64,000 bases of DNA from the human T2T-CHM13v2.0 reference genome, Homo sapiens (GCF_009914755.1 NC_060930.1); one strand, 5' to 3'; numbered from the stretch's first letter, positions 37,822 through 51,980 are shown. The notes: generated by a model from the letters alone, not told the origin. Made by a program: numbers and translations.

Positions 37822-40624
37822 TATGACAAGAGATTATATCATTAAAACTGGAGTTAGAGATTGCAAGGGAGTGAGAAAACAGTTAAGAGTCCAGGTCACT
37901 TAATCTTCCTCTTTTTCTGACCATGAAACATAAACAGGTATGATGTACACAATGTCTAAGCACAAGTTTTAAGAAACATCTAAACTTATAGTAATTCTCT
38001 TACTCTTTTCTCTTTCCACATAGGAACTGTCCCTTTAGCTTGAGCTCTGGAATGGAAAGACATTCAATAGATTGACAGCAGTTAACCCACAGCCATTGAC
38101 ACCTAAAACAATAAAATAATGACTACAACAATTTTGATAGGTAAACCTATCAGTATGTTTTACAGCTTTTGGTTGATGGGGGGAGGGAATCTAAATGTAG
38201 GGTAGAAGCTAAAATAGAAGACTGACAACTTCTCTAAGACAAATTAGAGCTATAAAATTTTTATGAAAGCAAAGCATAAGGGACCTGCTAAGAATCATGT
38301 TTATATTTGCCATAAAATCACTCCTATAATCAGCTTTAGAATTGTGAATTCAGGAATTTTTCTTCTGAGAGAACTCATTACCTCTTTATAGTCCCCAAAG
38401 AGTATGTATTACTCTTCTACTTTTTAGTCCTTGCTAAAAATCCTAAATGATATGGCCCTTCAAGCCAATCACTCTCAGACTATTTCTTGCCCGTTATCAT
38501 CATGTCTTGATCAAAAACTAATTGAATGTCTGTCACATTCACTCAGGAAGTAAGTCACTGTTTTATTTCTATGGAGCTAAAAGTCTAAAAAGTAAAAGTA
38601 TAGACATGGAAATTTAATATTTGCTGCTGAATCAATAGGAAAGGACTAGATTCTTGAACTTCTGTTTTCTATTGAACATTTCCACCCTACATTGTGCTGT
38701 GTAGTTGATCATCATATGCCTGTGTGCAGAATCTATCCTGGCTAAAAGAGTGAGAACAGCTCTGATGAAATACATATAAAATAGATAATCCACATTTTGA
38801 AACTATAACAATTTCTCGATTATTTATTAACACATACCCATTTGTTTTTTAATTGTGTAAGGCATTGCTTTGAATGATTTTGGAGACATGAAGATAATTA
38901 GAACCAAGCCCCTTTAATAGGAAGATTTTATCCTATTGTAGGCAGATAGGCAATATCCATTTTGGCTATGCTTACTTTGCAGCCACCTGTCAGAACTTGA
39001 GTGATTGTATGTACAAAATGTTTAAAATCACATTACTTTTTAAATAGTCCTCTGGGCTAATTATGTATGACCCTCTATATGTGTAGTTCACCTATGAGTA
39101 TGGCAAGAAATATAAGTAGTACAGAGAAGAAATCCTACTTACTTAAATGATGGGGTAAAATGTTACCAATGGAGAGAAAGATAACAGAAATAATAAAGTA
39201 ATCATCAATCTGTGGTCAATAATTTGACAAATTCTATGAAAATGCAGAAACAGTTGGCATATTTAGCTATGTAGAGTAAGCTAGCATGTATTAATCAGCA
39301 ATTTTAACATTGGAAATTTTTGTGCTAAATGGTGTTCATCAAGTTCTGGTCTAGAGTTATCTATCCTCTATGGCTGGGTCCATTTATAAGGTAGCAACGT
39401 AGTCTCCAAGAATCTTTATGCTGCTTTCAGACAAGCTACTCAGTAGCTTTCACTAGGAAGAAAATTGTCAGAGACCTACTTTGGATAAATCAAATTAATC
39501 ATCAATATAGTTTTTAAAAGTACATTTCTTAAAGATTATTTTCATCATTAATATATAAAAATTTATCTCCTACAATGTCATATAAGTGTATGTTACCATG
39601 AAACATCATTTTGCTTCTTTTAATAATTTTTATGTAAAAGTGCCTTTGATGAGAATCTTTAAAAGAACAGACTTGTATCACGAAGGTTGTTATAACTAAA
39701 AACCTTTTCATGTATTATAAACATCAAAATTAGCCTTTGAATTTTGGCAGAGAGGTACTATAACATTCTGGGCAGACACAGTGTTTACTGCATGCCTATG
39801 AACACAGGGTTGCTAAAAACCTTCTCAGGAAGCTCATATCCTGCCCAAAAGTCTTACAATTCTTTCTCTTTTGAAATTATGATGGAGTCAGCATCCAACA
39901 GGATTTAAATAACATTTTAAAATAAGGTTACCCCTAGGTGGCTAAGAATTCAGACACACAGGTATGTTCTTGAATATGAATTTAACTTTAATGAAAAGGC
40001 TTGGACCTAACATTTTGATGAAACACAAGTTTTATAACTCATAATATTTATCAGAAATGTTCAGAACAAATTTTTTAGTGGTTTATTAAATTCTTGAGGC
40101 AAATCCTCCACAGCTCACCTCCATATGGCAAAGAGATGCCTTTCATTCAATGAGAATAACTGATTAAACTCTTTAATCTTTATAATCGCATACTAAAGGC
40201 CCATTTAATCCTGCCTTTTAATAGGGACAAGAACATTCCCAGCCCCAGCCTCTATCAAAATATGTAACTTTCAACTCTTGCTATCTAGATCATATTATAA
40301 CCTCAGCAAGGAATGTTTTCCAGATCTAATGTCTAAGAAAATCATTAATTATAGTTGGTTGTAATTTTTGTGAAAGGCAGTAGAAATAGAATATTATAAA
40401 CCTTAAATACTTTCAACAAATATTGGTTAAAATGAAAGAAAGCCACAAATGACAATGACATTTAATATAAAATTTTAAAAATCAGTAAGACTGCTATTTC
40501 AAAGAACTATACCAGTCATTATTGTTTTATGCAAAAGTAAGGGGAAAAACTGGAGAGTATTTTTCATACCAGTGTGCACATGAACACTAGCCAACTGGGG
40601 CAAAAGCGTTATTTGAAAAATATA

Positions 40625-41190
40625 TTTTTGTTTTAGAATTGAGTTTTATATTTACAGCAAATTTGGAAAACTCATACAGAGAGTTTCATATACTCTTTAC
40701 TCAGGCAGTTTCTCTTATCGTTAAGACATTACATTTCTGAGGTACATTTGACACAACTAAAGAGCCAATGTCAGTACATTACTATGAACGAAACTCCACA
40801 TTTTATTCAGATTTCACTAGTTTTTCCCTAATGTCTTTTTTTGTTCCAGGATGCTATTCTGGACACCACATCATATTTAGTCATCATGTCCCGTTGGCCT
40901 TCTCTCCTCCATGACAGTTCTGTCTTTGCTTGTTTTTGATGACCTTGACTGTTGCAGTGCTGTTTAGATGTTTTGGCCCTCAATTTGGGTTTGTCTGATG
41001 TTTTTTTCGTGGTCAAACTAGGACTATGAGTTTTTGTGAAGAGTGATCACAGAAATGAAGTTTCCATTCTCATCACACGTTTTTGGGGAGTACACGATAT
41101 CAACATGACTAGCTTATCACTGACTATGTTAGCCTTCATTGCCTGATGTGTGGGCCAGGATTCTCTACTGTAAAGTTAAAAGTCTTATTT
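40625..41190 (-). mobile_element. Old L1MC/MD-type 3' end
   Basis: ctttattcagatttcactagtttttccctaatgtcttttttgttccaggat-like; ggacaccacatcatatttagtcatcatgtc. Confidence 0.65.
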
Positions 41191-42158
41191 TTTATTTTAA
41201 CTCTATACATGCTCTGTAGCAGCTATTTGCACTCTTTTTGGCTGCCTCATTCTTTGAACCCTTTTCCTTTCATAAATTTTTTTCAGCCCATGAGTTCTTG
41301 CCTTACTGAGGCACAAGGCCAGCATGCCTTCCCAGCCTCCCTGTGGTTCCTTAAGAGGCAGGAGCTCTTGCTGTAGCAGTTAGAGCCATCCCATCTCCAG
41401 ATGCTGAGGCAGACATCTGGAGGGATCTGTTCCAGTGAAGACATGGCAGAGATAGCAAGCTATTGAGGCAGCAGTGACCAGAATGGGCTTATTTGTCAAA
41501 AAGCCTTAGGATACTGGTCTTGGCTTTCTCTGACAGACCAAAAAACTAATTCTATCGGAGTCTTTCTAACCACAGCAAAAGTCAGTTCTTCTACAATATG
41601 TTACTATTTATTTTTCAACATTGGGAAAATCTTAAAGTTGAGACATTATTTATGTTAAAAATTAAGTCAGAATGAAGTTAAGATTCACCTAATGATTATA
41701 TAGTTCTTATAACCTTGCATCTCATTATCTTTCTTGATAGAGGAAAAGATGAAGTTGCACCTAGTACATGTCACTATTATCTGGTGTGAATTAAAATGAA
41801 AAATGTTTGAAAATTGATGGCCCTCATCCTCTCCTTTACTTGTTTAAATCCTGTTTTTTTCATAAAGATGACCAAATAAAAGTTTATACTTTTGGACCAT
41901 ATTACATTAGATTTTCAGTAAGTCATCGTGACCAAATAATGTTTGAACTGTTACTGTCTTCAAGCTTTGACAAAAACTTGTTTGCTGTAAGTATTGGATG
42001 TATAGTTTTCATTTTGGCATTTTTTTATGTTGTTCACACATTTTTTGATAGGAGTACTCATTTTTACCTACAAAATTAAGAATAATTAAGAATAATCAAA
42101 TTTGGTTTTCCTTGAAAATTGAATATGTTTTTTGTCTCTAATCAAGGAACTGCCCTAC

Positions 42159-42545
42159 TGTATTAGTATGGTAAGTAATGCTAACTGTTGTAATAAACAA
42201 ACTCAAAAATTTCAGTGGCTTAACACAATAAGTGTTATTTATCACTCACACAAGAGCCAGTGTGGGTATTTCTGGAGCCAGCGTGTGAATCGCCTTCTAT
42301 GTGGTCATTCAAAAACCCAGACTCCTTCCACTTTGTGAGTTCATCCTTCTTTAAATATTAGAGTAGGGAAAGAGTGAGAAAATTATGCATGAGAGGCTTG
42401 TGTAGCCTGGGTTTGGGAGTGGTGCACATCTCTGTGGCTCACATTTCCTTGATCAAGAATCAGTTATGTGGCTACCATAACTGTAAGGAGAGTGGGGAAT
42501 ACAGCCTAACTATGTGTCCAGGAGGAAAAGGAATTCGGTGTTGGT
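42159..42545 (-). mobile_element. Old MaLR (MLT1-type) LTR
   Basis: tgtattagt...aaaatttcagtggcttaacacaataag. Confidence 0.6.
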
Positions 42546-42564
42546 TTATGCCATATTTGATTCC

Positions 42565-43150
42565 TTGACATTACGAGCTAGGTTTTCTTTTGTGAAGATG
42601 CAGCATAATTTATTGCAAAGGAGAAAGACTATTTTAAAAGTTAGATGCAGAATACCCAGTACACCCTGAGCGAGAAGGGATTCAGGGCAGGCAGCTTACA
42701 GGAATGAGACGCAAAGACTAGAACTAGGAACACTCCATTTATGGGAATCTTACATAATTATTCATAAGGAGGTGGGAAGAGGTGTTACTGGTAAGTATGT
42801 TCTGGGTGGTCCTCTTGGTGCACATACACAGTGGTTGTACATGCTTGTTTATATGTCACGTATCATTAGCATCTTAAATCTCAACCACGGTGTGATTTTT
42901 ACTATTTATAATAGTAATAATGAGTAAAAGGTCACTTTAAGGACAGGTAAAATCAAAATGTGCATGCTCTCTACAAGGGTATTTCCCTTTGCTTGAATGA
43001 GTTGAAATACGATGCAAATGCTGGGGCTTGCTGGGTTGACAATATGCAGTCATCATGCATTCACCGTGGTTGCTGCATCCCGAGGACATTATCAGTATGC
43101 CAATGTGGTATACTGTAGTAATCACTTTCTTGAATACCCATCCTGCCTCA
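42565..43150 (-). mobile_element. ERV solo LTR (TGAGGCAGGAT-starting; LTR47-like, subfamily uncertain)
   Basis: Ends catcctgcctca; tttattg polyA-like signal near the left end; GC shift relative to flanks. Confidence 0.6.
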
Positions 43151-44999
43151 ATAGTACTTGCTAGGTTTTATGCTTTATCATGCTATTAACTTTTAAAATA
43201 TAATATTTTTATTTACACAATCTGAAATGTTCTTTGTAGCCTTGATTTTATGGTGATATTGAAAAAGGGTGGAAGTCTTATGCTATTTGATTGTTCACCA
43301 TAACAATTCAATAAACTAATTTAATTGGAGTCTGTGATTGTATGAGTTCAGTCAGTCCAGCTTCTGCTTTTAGACAAATAGACCCCAATGAAGATATTGT
43401 AATTTACCTCCTTACAGCCCTGCAAAAAAGATTTTATGAGCCTTGATGATTGCAGTATGCTGCAGTGAAGGACTGAGGTTAGTCATAAGAAGGAGACCAC
43501 TTTCCCAACTGCAATTCTCCCATTAGAATCAGATAATAGAGGAGATAAGAACTTAATTTGAAAATCATTGTTTCATAAAAAGTCCTCAAGTAAACACGAA
43601 AGTCTGTTCTGCTGTTCAGTAATTTTTGATTCCCAAATCATTATTTTCACTGTAAAGTATTACTCTCTTGGTTGTTTGAGCTATTATTAAGAAATTAGGG
43701 CACAAATCGAAGTAGCTAGAAATCAGTGAATAGATGGAAAATGTGGCATTTCTTTTAGAAATATTTCCAACTGAAATTTTACATCAGTTGTGGATTTGTC
43801 AAATATCCTGAAGAAATAATACTGGGAAAAAAAAAAACCTAAGTTAAGTTTAATTCTGCAAGTTTTCCCGCAATAGCGTATATATGTAATTAAGGCGAAG
43901 ACTTGATCTATCTTTAGTGTGAGTTAACATCTCAAATATGTATGATGTAAAGCCTGAATCCCTGAAGCACATAAGCTTTCCCGTTCCTCTCCAGACGCTG
44001 ACATTCCTTTCCTTCCTCCCTTTCATCCTTTTCTGGCATGACAAATATAGACGTGAATATGGAAACTGTCTATGGAGTTTTAAAGGACAAGCATTTCAAG
44101 CTGTTTTCCAGAGCAAAAGTTTTCCTATGTAATTTTTCTATACTCCAATACTTTTTCAGGTTTTATTAACATTTATTAATATTCTTCAACTTATTTTTCA
44201 TTTTCATGCCAGAAGCTTGATCTCAAGGATGCTTTAAAGGAAACTTAATCAGTTTCCTTCCAGACATCTGATAAGAATTTGCCATGAGTTAATTTTCAAT
44301 TAGTAGCTGGTAATGCGTATTATGCCATGAAACTGTCATCTGGTCAATTGTCTATATTGAGCTATTGAATATATAAATCTTCAAATATGATAATCTGCAT
44401 TCTGGTATTGGAATAAAAGACTGAAGTTGCAGAATGAAATAATGGCACTTTATCTTCAAAATGGACAAATTTTATTTTGTGAATTAACTGAGATAATTTT
44501 TAGTTTCCTGTTGTGTTTTCTCCCTGCACAGTCCCAGGCCAAACTCTGTTTCCCATATTAGCTGACATGTGTTCAGTCATTGCAGACTGTTCTTCATTTG
44601 AGCCTAATGACAAAATAATTAAAAGATAAATCTTCTGCTTTAAAAATAACATATACTATAAAACCACATACTAATGATTTTTGGATTTTTGCATTTTTTT
44701 AATATCCCAGAACATAACTACTCTTTATCTGGGCAGCAAATGGTTCATTAGCTTTGGTTCCCTTACTTAGCACACTCAGCAGCTTGTCACATCCGAAGAA
44801 TAAAAAAAGGAAGTCTCATTTTTCTTTAAACCTAAAAGTTGTATCTGCTACATTCCCTCTAACCAAAAAAAAAAAGGGTTATAGAAAGAAATTCTCAGTT
44901 CCTCATAAAAGGATATAGAAAACAAATATCCGGATTCCAATTCTATGTGTTAATTATGTATAATATTGGAAGAGAGATAGTGTTTAAAAGAAAAGATGG

Positions 45000-45590
45000 T
45001 TAGCTCAGTATAAGGATTCAAGGTAGGTTTCTGAGAGGAAACTTGATGGAGACTGTAGTTGATAAAAGACATTCCAAGTAGAGGGAACATTTATACGAAA
45101 GCATTAGTGACATGATGCAGTAGGGTAAGTTCTAGAGCTATGATTGTACATTGTTAGGTAGAGTATAGGTGTGAAGGTAAAGATATGGGTAAGTGTGGGG
45201 AGGGGTGGGGTCAGACCCTGCTGTGTCAGAGCAGTACTGGTTCATGTCTGTTATCCTGGCATAATTATTAAGGAAGCCCTTTTTATTTTCAAAAGTGTCC
45301 TGGTTGGGATGGTAAATTACATCACCATTTTGGGGCAGGGGACTTTTGCAAACCATACAGTGCTGTTTCTTCCATTTCCTGGTCCTACTGACACTACCTC
45401 ATCTTTTTTCAAATACTATAATTAGTCTTCTAGTCTACAATGAGCAGGAGAGAGGCAGAGGCCAGATCATGAAGGATTTTATAAATCTTGCTAAAGAGAA
45501 TAAACTTTAAATCCTAAGAAAAAGGTCTAGTGAAAGGTTTTAAGCAGGAAAAATACATGTTTATTTGTTTTACAAAATGATTTGGAGGAG
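45000..45590 (-). mobile_element. L2 fragments
   Basis: gcagaggccagatcatgaagg...gaaaggttttaagcagg. Confidence 0.55.
45205..45330. mobile_element. MER94-like hAT-Blackjack
   Basis: ggcataattattaag...ttcaaaagtgtcctggttgggatggtaaatta. Confidence 0.65.
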
Positions 45591-45670
45591 GACAGGAATG
45601 AAGCAGGCCAGTTGACAGCCAGCACCAATGACCAGCCATGTGAGTGAAAACATTTTAATCCATCCAGCCT

Positions 45671-46255
45671 TGTGTTAGTCAGGGTTCTCCAGAGGGACAG
45701 AATTAATAGGATATATGTATATATGAAAGGGAGTTTATTAGGGACAATTGGCTTACACATTCCCAAGGTGAAGTCCCACTATAGGCCTTCGGGAAGCTGG
45801 GGAAGAGAGAAGCCAGTAGTGGCTCAGTCCGAGTCCAAAAGCCTCAAAAGCAGGGAAGCCTACCATACTGCCTTTGGTTTGTGGCTGAAGGCCTGAGAAC
45901 CCCCAGCAAACCACTGGTTTAAGTCCAAGAGTCCAAAGGCCAAATAAAAGAACCTGGAGTGTGATATTCAAGGGCAAGAGGAACAGATGGAAACATTCAG
46001 CATGGGAGGAAGATGAAAGCCAGAAGACTCAGCAATCCAGCTTATCCCACCTTCTTCCGACTGCTTTGTTCTAGCCATACTGGCAGCCGATGGGATGGTC
46101 TCCACGCACATTGAGAATGGGTCTTCCTATCCCAGTCCACTAACTCAAATGTTAACCTCCTCTGACAACACCCTCACAGACACACCCAGAAGCAATACTT
46201 TACCAGCTACCTAGACATCCTTCAATCAAGTTGACACCTAATATTAATCACCATA
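45671..46255 (-). mobile_element. MLT2B-type solo LTR inserted in an MLT1 LTR (45595-45670, 46256-46432)
   Basis: tgtgttagtcagggttctccagag...aagttgacacctaatattaatca; TSD agcct/aggct. Confidence 0.88.
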
Positions 46256-46449
46256 AGGCTCTAGTAAGTTGCCAGATTATTTCAATTTACTTAGGCCACC
46301 TAAATGGCTGAGGTGGGACAGACATAACAGCAGAACACAGCCCACACTGCAGATTCATTGAATCGTGAGAAAATAAAATGGTGGCTGTTTTAAGTTAATA
46401 TATTTTGAGTGGTTTGTTACACAGCAATGAGACATGGCTTCAGTTTTTT

Positions 46450-48440
46450 ATTAGAAAATATAATAATATATCAGAAAGTTTAAAGAGAGACTACATTACT
46501 ATACAAATCAAAAGCAAAAATAAATATACTTAACGAAATTCTGCATTTAGTCATGATTCAAAATTCTTAGAAAAATTTAAATAAGAAAATACTTTTCAAA
46601 CCTGCAAAAGAATATTATTTTTCAATTATCAGCCAGTTTTATGCTTAATGGTAAAACATTAAGGAACTTCTCATTAAAGTCATGAATAAGACAAATAGGC
46701 CAACTATCAAATGTTATTGCTTAATACTGTTTTCCAAGTTCTAGACAATGCGATAATGCATTCATCAGAGACATGAGACCTAAATATCAGAAAGAGATAA
46801 ATTGTGATAATTTTTAGATATAGTTGACTGCTCAGCATTTTAAAGTAGTCTATGGGAAACAAATGCCTTTTTTTAAAGTTCAGAAAAATGACTAAATGCA
46901 ATGTAAGTTGTAACAAATATGTATTAAGCAAGAATCAATAAAAAATTATAGAAAATCTAAATTACCACTCTAAGATAAAACAAAAATGAAAAACAATAAA
47001 AGAAACCCACCTAAGAATAATATGACCATCTAACCAAGACTAATATGAAGAAAACTCCAAAGTTTTTTAAATAAAACATTTTAAAGGACTTGAGTAAAGG
47101 GAGTTGCATATCATAGACCTGGATAAAAAGACTAATCATGATAAATTTGCTCCTTCTAATGTTAAATCAAAACATTATATTATTATTTTTAGTACTTTAT
47201 AAGTATAGTAGACATAAAAATGTGTCAGTATAAACAAAAATGCTGGAAAAAAATAAACCAGGGATATGACATGTAAGATACTACAGGATAAGAAAAAGCT
47301 AGAATCATTCTAATTAGGAGTACTCGTGAAAGTATAGGTAAAGTGAAGAATGGAACAAACTAGAAAGCCAGGAAACAAACCCTCGTACATATATCAGGAC
47401 TTCTTTTATAACAAATATAAAATCACAAATCATGAGTGGAGTAAAGTTGTTTTCTGTAGAAAAAAGTCTTCACTTCACACAAAATAAAGTATACTTGTAT
47501 TAAAGAGATAAATATTTGAAATTAATGGTAGGTTAGTATTTATTTTGTTTGGCATGAAGAATTTTCTAAGTAAATAGGAGGACTTTAAGAGAGAAGAAAT
47601 AGTGATTTTTGACTATACAGAAAAAATTCAAATTCTGTATTTTTACAAAAACAAACATAATGAAGAAATGGTTATGCTGCAGAGAAAATTGCAAAATACT
47701 TTAATTATAAAATGAAGAAATAATTATGGTTGGTCTCAAGACTAAGTGGGAAAGATAGCTATTAAAAATATTACTATTCATAATGTACGAATAGCTCTAA
47801 TGAATTACTGAGAGATAAACTTTCCAATAGAAAAGTGAACTCAAACAATATAAATAGGCAATGTTCAAAAAAATTACAATGTTGAGTAAACATGGGAATA
47901 TGTTTAATCTTACCAACAATTATATAAATAAAAACTAAATCAGAGAAATGTCATTTACCACTTACCAATTATTCATTTAAAATTATACTAATATGCTTAG
48001 TGTGAGAAATATATTCAAATGAGTGCTGGCATATATGTGGGGGTGAAAATAAAAATATTTTACAACTAGTACAGCATGGGGCTGTCCAATCGAAATAGAC
48101 ATCCAACCAAACAACTCTGTGTATATTCTGACTTCAGCATAAACACTTACAAATACATTATACTCTTTGACACATAAATTCCTTTATGCATGTATCAAAT
48201 ATCTCTGACAATTCCAAATCTTTTTCCAGAAAGGGTATGACACTTTACATGTTTATCAGCAGTTAATGACAGTCTGTTTCCTTACATGCTAAACAACATT
48301 GGATGTTTTCTAATTTATTTTCAATTATTTTTCATTTTTTGCCAATATAATACGTAAAAATACTGTGTGGTGATGAGTTTGATTTTCCTTTGGCTACTAA
48401 TGGAGTTGTTTTATTTCTTCCTTTGTGTACTGACTGTCCT
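46450..48440. mobile_element. Highly decayed L1M fragments (mostly +, short - piece at the end)
   Basis: A-rich ORF2-like text (aaagtttctagacaatgcgataa-like, acagtctgtttcc). Confidence 0.55.
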
Positions 48441-49544
48441 TGTCCTGTTACTCTTTCATTCTATAGCTTTTAATCCTGTTAGTATAAGAGTAGAAGGAAA
48501 GAAATTTAAATGATTTATCTTCCATTCACATAATCATACCAATGATTGCTTTTCATGGTGGAAACTAGTATCTTTTAGAACACAGTGTTCTGAATGGAAA
48601 ACTCAAGAATGAAAGAAAGTATTATGTGGCATTTTGTCCAAGAACAAATCACTAAATTTAAAACGGCATGCGTCAAAACAGAAAGGCGTGGATGTTGACT
48701 GATGAGTTAGTATCTTAGCTGCATTTAACTCTGTAAGCTTGTCTCTAGTGCCTCATGCATTGCTTCACTTCTCCTCTGGCCCCTGCCAACACAGGACCAC
48801 CCAAGCTCCTGAATGCAGTTCTTTCTGTAGGACCTTGAGGAAAGCCCAAATTGCAGGGTGGAAAGTCTTTAGTTTGTTTGAGGCGTGAATAATTTCTCTG
48901 CCATCTCTTTCACCCTACTCCGGTTACCATGCGGAATGCCATTCTGGGTAGCTTGGAAATGGTTCTAGGCTTGTACCATAAAGAGGTCCAGACATTTTTT
49001 GTGGACTTATGATGGTAGGGAGAAAATAAAAAATGGATGCAGAGGTTGACCTAGCTATCCTATCCAAGTCGACTGGGGTTTGGGGTTTCCAGAATTGTTG
49101 TCATGTTTGGGGAGCCTTGCAAGTGGATTAATGACAAGGCATTTTGAGGGCTGCTGATCCAGGGAAATGGATCATGTTGTCTAGGGTACATGGCATTTCA
49201 TCCGTTTATGCACTCCATCTTGTATTTAAAGGGTAAACCTGGTATTGTGGGGTTGTTAACAGTTAGCTATATTATTGGCTCTCATAGAAGAGGGTCTCTG
49301 AGAAAGTTTAGAACCACATTTTGGTTATAAAAAATTGGATAATTATTAGGAGAATCGACTCTTTGACTGAGTTGTACCCACAAGTTTTTCAATATTTGTC
49401 TGATTCCTTGTTTGCCAGTGACTGTCCTTTAGAGGGCTTCAAATACATATTCATAACAACAAAAAACAGCTTTTTCCTTATAAATGTTACAATAGTAGAA
49501 GCTGTAGAAGATGTTTTAGAAACTGGCTTGTTCTTTGTGCAGTC

Positions 49545-49569
49545 ATATATTATACATATACACACAAAC

Positions 49570-49631
<62 letters not shown>
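49545..49631. repeat. (TA)n/(CA)n microsatellite
   Basis: Read directly. Confidence 0.95.
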
Positions 49632-49683
49632 TGCAGAAGAAGTTGCATTACCAAATATGGTAGTAAATCTAAGTGAGTCAACT

Positions 49684-49780
49684 GTTAATCTCCTTTGGCA
49701 ATACCTTCACAGACATACCCAGGATCAATACTTTGCAACCTTCAATCCAATCAAGTTGACACTCAGTATTAAACATCACA
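49684..49780 (-). mobile_element. MLT2A LTR 5'-terminal fragment (~97 bp)
   Basis: Near identical to 35409-35505. Confidence 0.85.
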
Positions 49781-49899
49781 TTAGGATAAGCCAATCAGCA
49801 CACTTCATCCTCCAGATGCAGAGAATGGTTCAAAATAGTCAAATAAACTTAGCCGCTATAAATGATGAACATTTATAACAACTTTTTCTGCTAAGACAA

Positions 49900-50185
49900 T
49901 GACACTGTCCTACTTGATGGGACTATAGGAATTTGTAGAACTGAGAGATTATGGAAGCCATCTGGTGGTCTTGAGGCGTAACTGCCTGTGATGAAGCCTA
50001 TATCAAAACAAACGAGGAGATAGACCAAAACCAGGTCCTTCGTGTCGATGCTGGGCCATTAGATAAAGCCTCTACCTGAGCCAGCTTTACCTGTAGACAT
50101 TTTAGGATATTACATTCTATTAACTGAATAAGCAAGTTTTGAGTTGAGTTTTCTATTTCTTACACCCAAAAACATCCTATTGCTT
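49900..50185 (+). mobile_element. Old MLT1-type LTR fragment
   Basis: gataaagcctctacctgagcc...ttgagttgagttttctatttcttacacc. Confidence 0.5.
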
Positions 50186-50290
50186 CAGTCTGCAGTTTCC
50201 TGTTTAATTGATAGAGGAAAGCAGTGTATTCAGAAGTCCCTAAAATAATGAAGGTCAGATTTTGAAATTCTTATTAGACTGTAACTTTTA

Positions 50291-50717
50291 TTAATTTTTA
50301 TTGTTAGCTTTTGTTCTAGGTTCAGGGGTACATGTGCAGGTTTTTTATATAGGTAAATGGCATGTTGTGGGGGTTTGGCATACAGATTGTTTCATCAACC
50401 ATGTAATGAGTATACTACCTGATAGGTAGCTTTTCAATCCTCACCCTCCTCTCAACTTCCACCCTCAAGTAGGCCCAGTGTCTATCGTTCCCTCCTTTGT
50501 GTACATGTGTACTTATTGTTTAGCTCCCACTTATAAGTGAGAACATGCAATATTTGGTTTTCTGTTCCTGCATTAGCTTGCTTAGGATAATGCCTCCAGA
50601 TCCAATGATGTTACTGCAAAGAACATGATCTCATTCTTTCTTATGGCTGTGCAGTATTCCATGGTATATATGTACCACATTTCCTTTATCCAGTCTTTGG
50701 TATTTAGGTTGATTCCA
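50291..50717 (-). mobile_element. 5'-truncated L1PA13-16-like 3' end
   Basis: ttcaggggtacatgtgcagg...ccaccctcaagtaggcccagtgtc; TSD tagactg(t/a)aactttta at 50275-50290 and 50718-50733. Confidence 0.9.
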
Positions 50718-50792
50718 TAGACTGAAACTTTTAAAAAATAAGTAGGATGGTGTTCTCTAGTGGTTTGCTTATCAAGGGACTGCCTCCATAAA

Positions 50793-50926
50793 TAGGGTGA
50801 CCATTAGTCTGATTGGTTTGCAAGAGAGTCCCTAGTTTATGCCTCTTGAACCAGCATATTTTTAAAGAGCTCCTCATTTCATAATTAAGTATCCTGGTTT
50901 GGACAATAAGTTCTATGGTCGCTGTA
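50793..50926. mobile_element. MER94-like hAT-Blackjack
   Basis: TIR tagggtgaccat ... tatggtcgctgta. Confidence 0.75.
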
Positions 50927-51699
50927 CTAATAACATATCCAAGGCTCAAACAATTATTTAGCTTTGGTATCTCTATTATCAGATGAAACAGAGGTTAAAG
51001 CACATCAGTTTAGAAACATTTTTTATCTTGCTCATCACCATATTCCCATTGTTTAGAAGGGTGATGGGAACATAGTGGGATGACTATTTTTTGAATGAAG
51101 GAATGAATGGTGCCAGTGAGCATGACTTATGAGACCATAATCCAAAGCCATATAGCCCCTCTAATGCCAGTTTACTTGTCTCCAAAATAGTATTAAAAAT
51201 AAATATACCCCATCTACCTTATGAATTTGTTAAGAGGATCAAATAAGTTAATTGTGTGAAAAGCTAGCAAAAATTTAAAATTATATATACATGTGGTATT
51301 TAATTATATACAAAAGAATGCAAATGTTACAAGTTCTTTCAATTTCTACCCAAGTAATAAATATACCTAAATTTGAGTCACCAACAGCACCATACTGCTT
51401 CCATACATTATCATAACCTTTTCCCCCAATTTTAAAGCACATTGAAACAGATTAAATAATTCATCAGAAAAATCAGATTATATATGGAAAAATTCCATCA
51501 AGAAATACGTTGAAAAATTCAACCATTACCATAACCTTTAAATTGAAATTCTATGTATCTACAAATATGGTAACTATTAGCAAAGCTTTATTTTTCTTAG
51601 GCATCAGAAACAAATTATTTTATTGTTTTGTCATTGATTCAAGTATTTAATAAGATCTTATATGGAGAACTTATAGATTATTTTAGAAAATACACTTCA

Positions 51700-51980
51700 G
51701 GCCAGCTGCGGTAGCTCATGTCTGTAATCCCAGCACTTTGGGAGCCCGAGACTGGTGGATCACCTTAGGTCAAGAGTTTGAGACCAGCCTGACCAACATG
51801 GTGAAACCCCATTTCTACTAAAAATACAAAAAATTATTCGGGTGTGGTGGCAGGCGCCTGTAATCCCAGCTACTCAGGAGGATCTCCTGAGCCTAGGAGG
51901 TCAAGGCTACACTGTGCCGTGATCATGCCACTACCAAAAAAAAAAAAAGACTAAGAAAAGAAAGAAAAAAAAAGAAAAGC
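51700..51980 (+). mobile_element. Alu with S-type left part and J-like, shortened right arm
   Basis: atcaccttaggtc..gaccaacatggtgaaacccc, then gatctcctgagcctaggaggtcaaggct; A tail follows gccactacc. Confidence 0.85.

Noticed and set aside
37900-40600. Unique AT-rich stretch searched for exons (also 8720-11640)
   Set aside because: No convincing ORF with splice sites or recognisable protein similarity; small exons cannot be excluded without RNA data
49321-49878. 185-aa ORF
   Set aside because: TTG start; runs through a TA/CA microsatellite and an antisense MLT2A fragment
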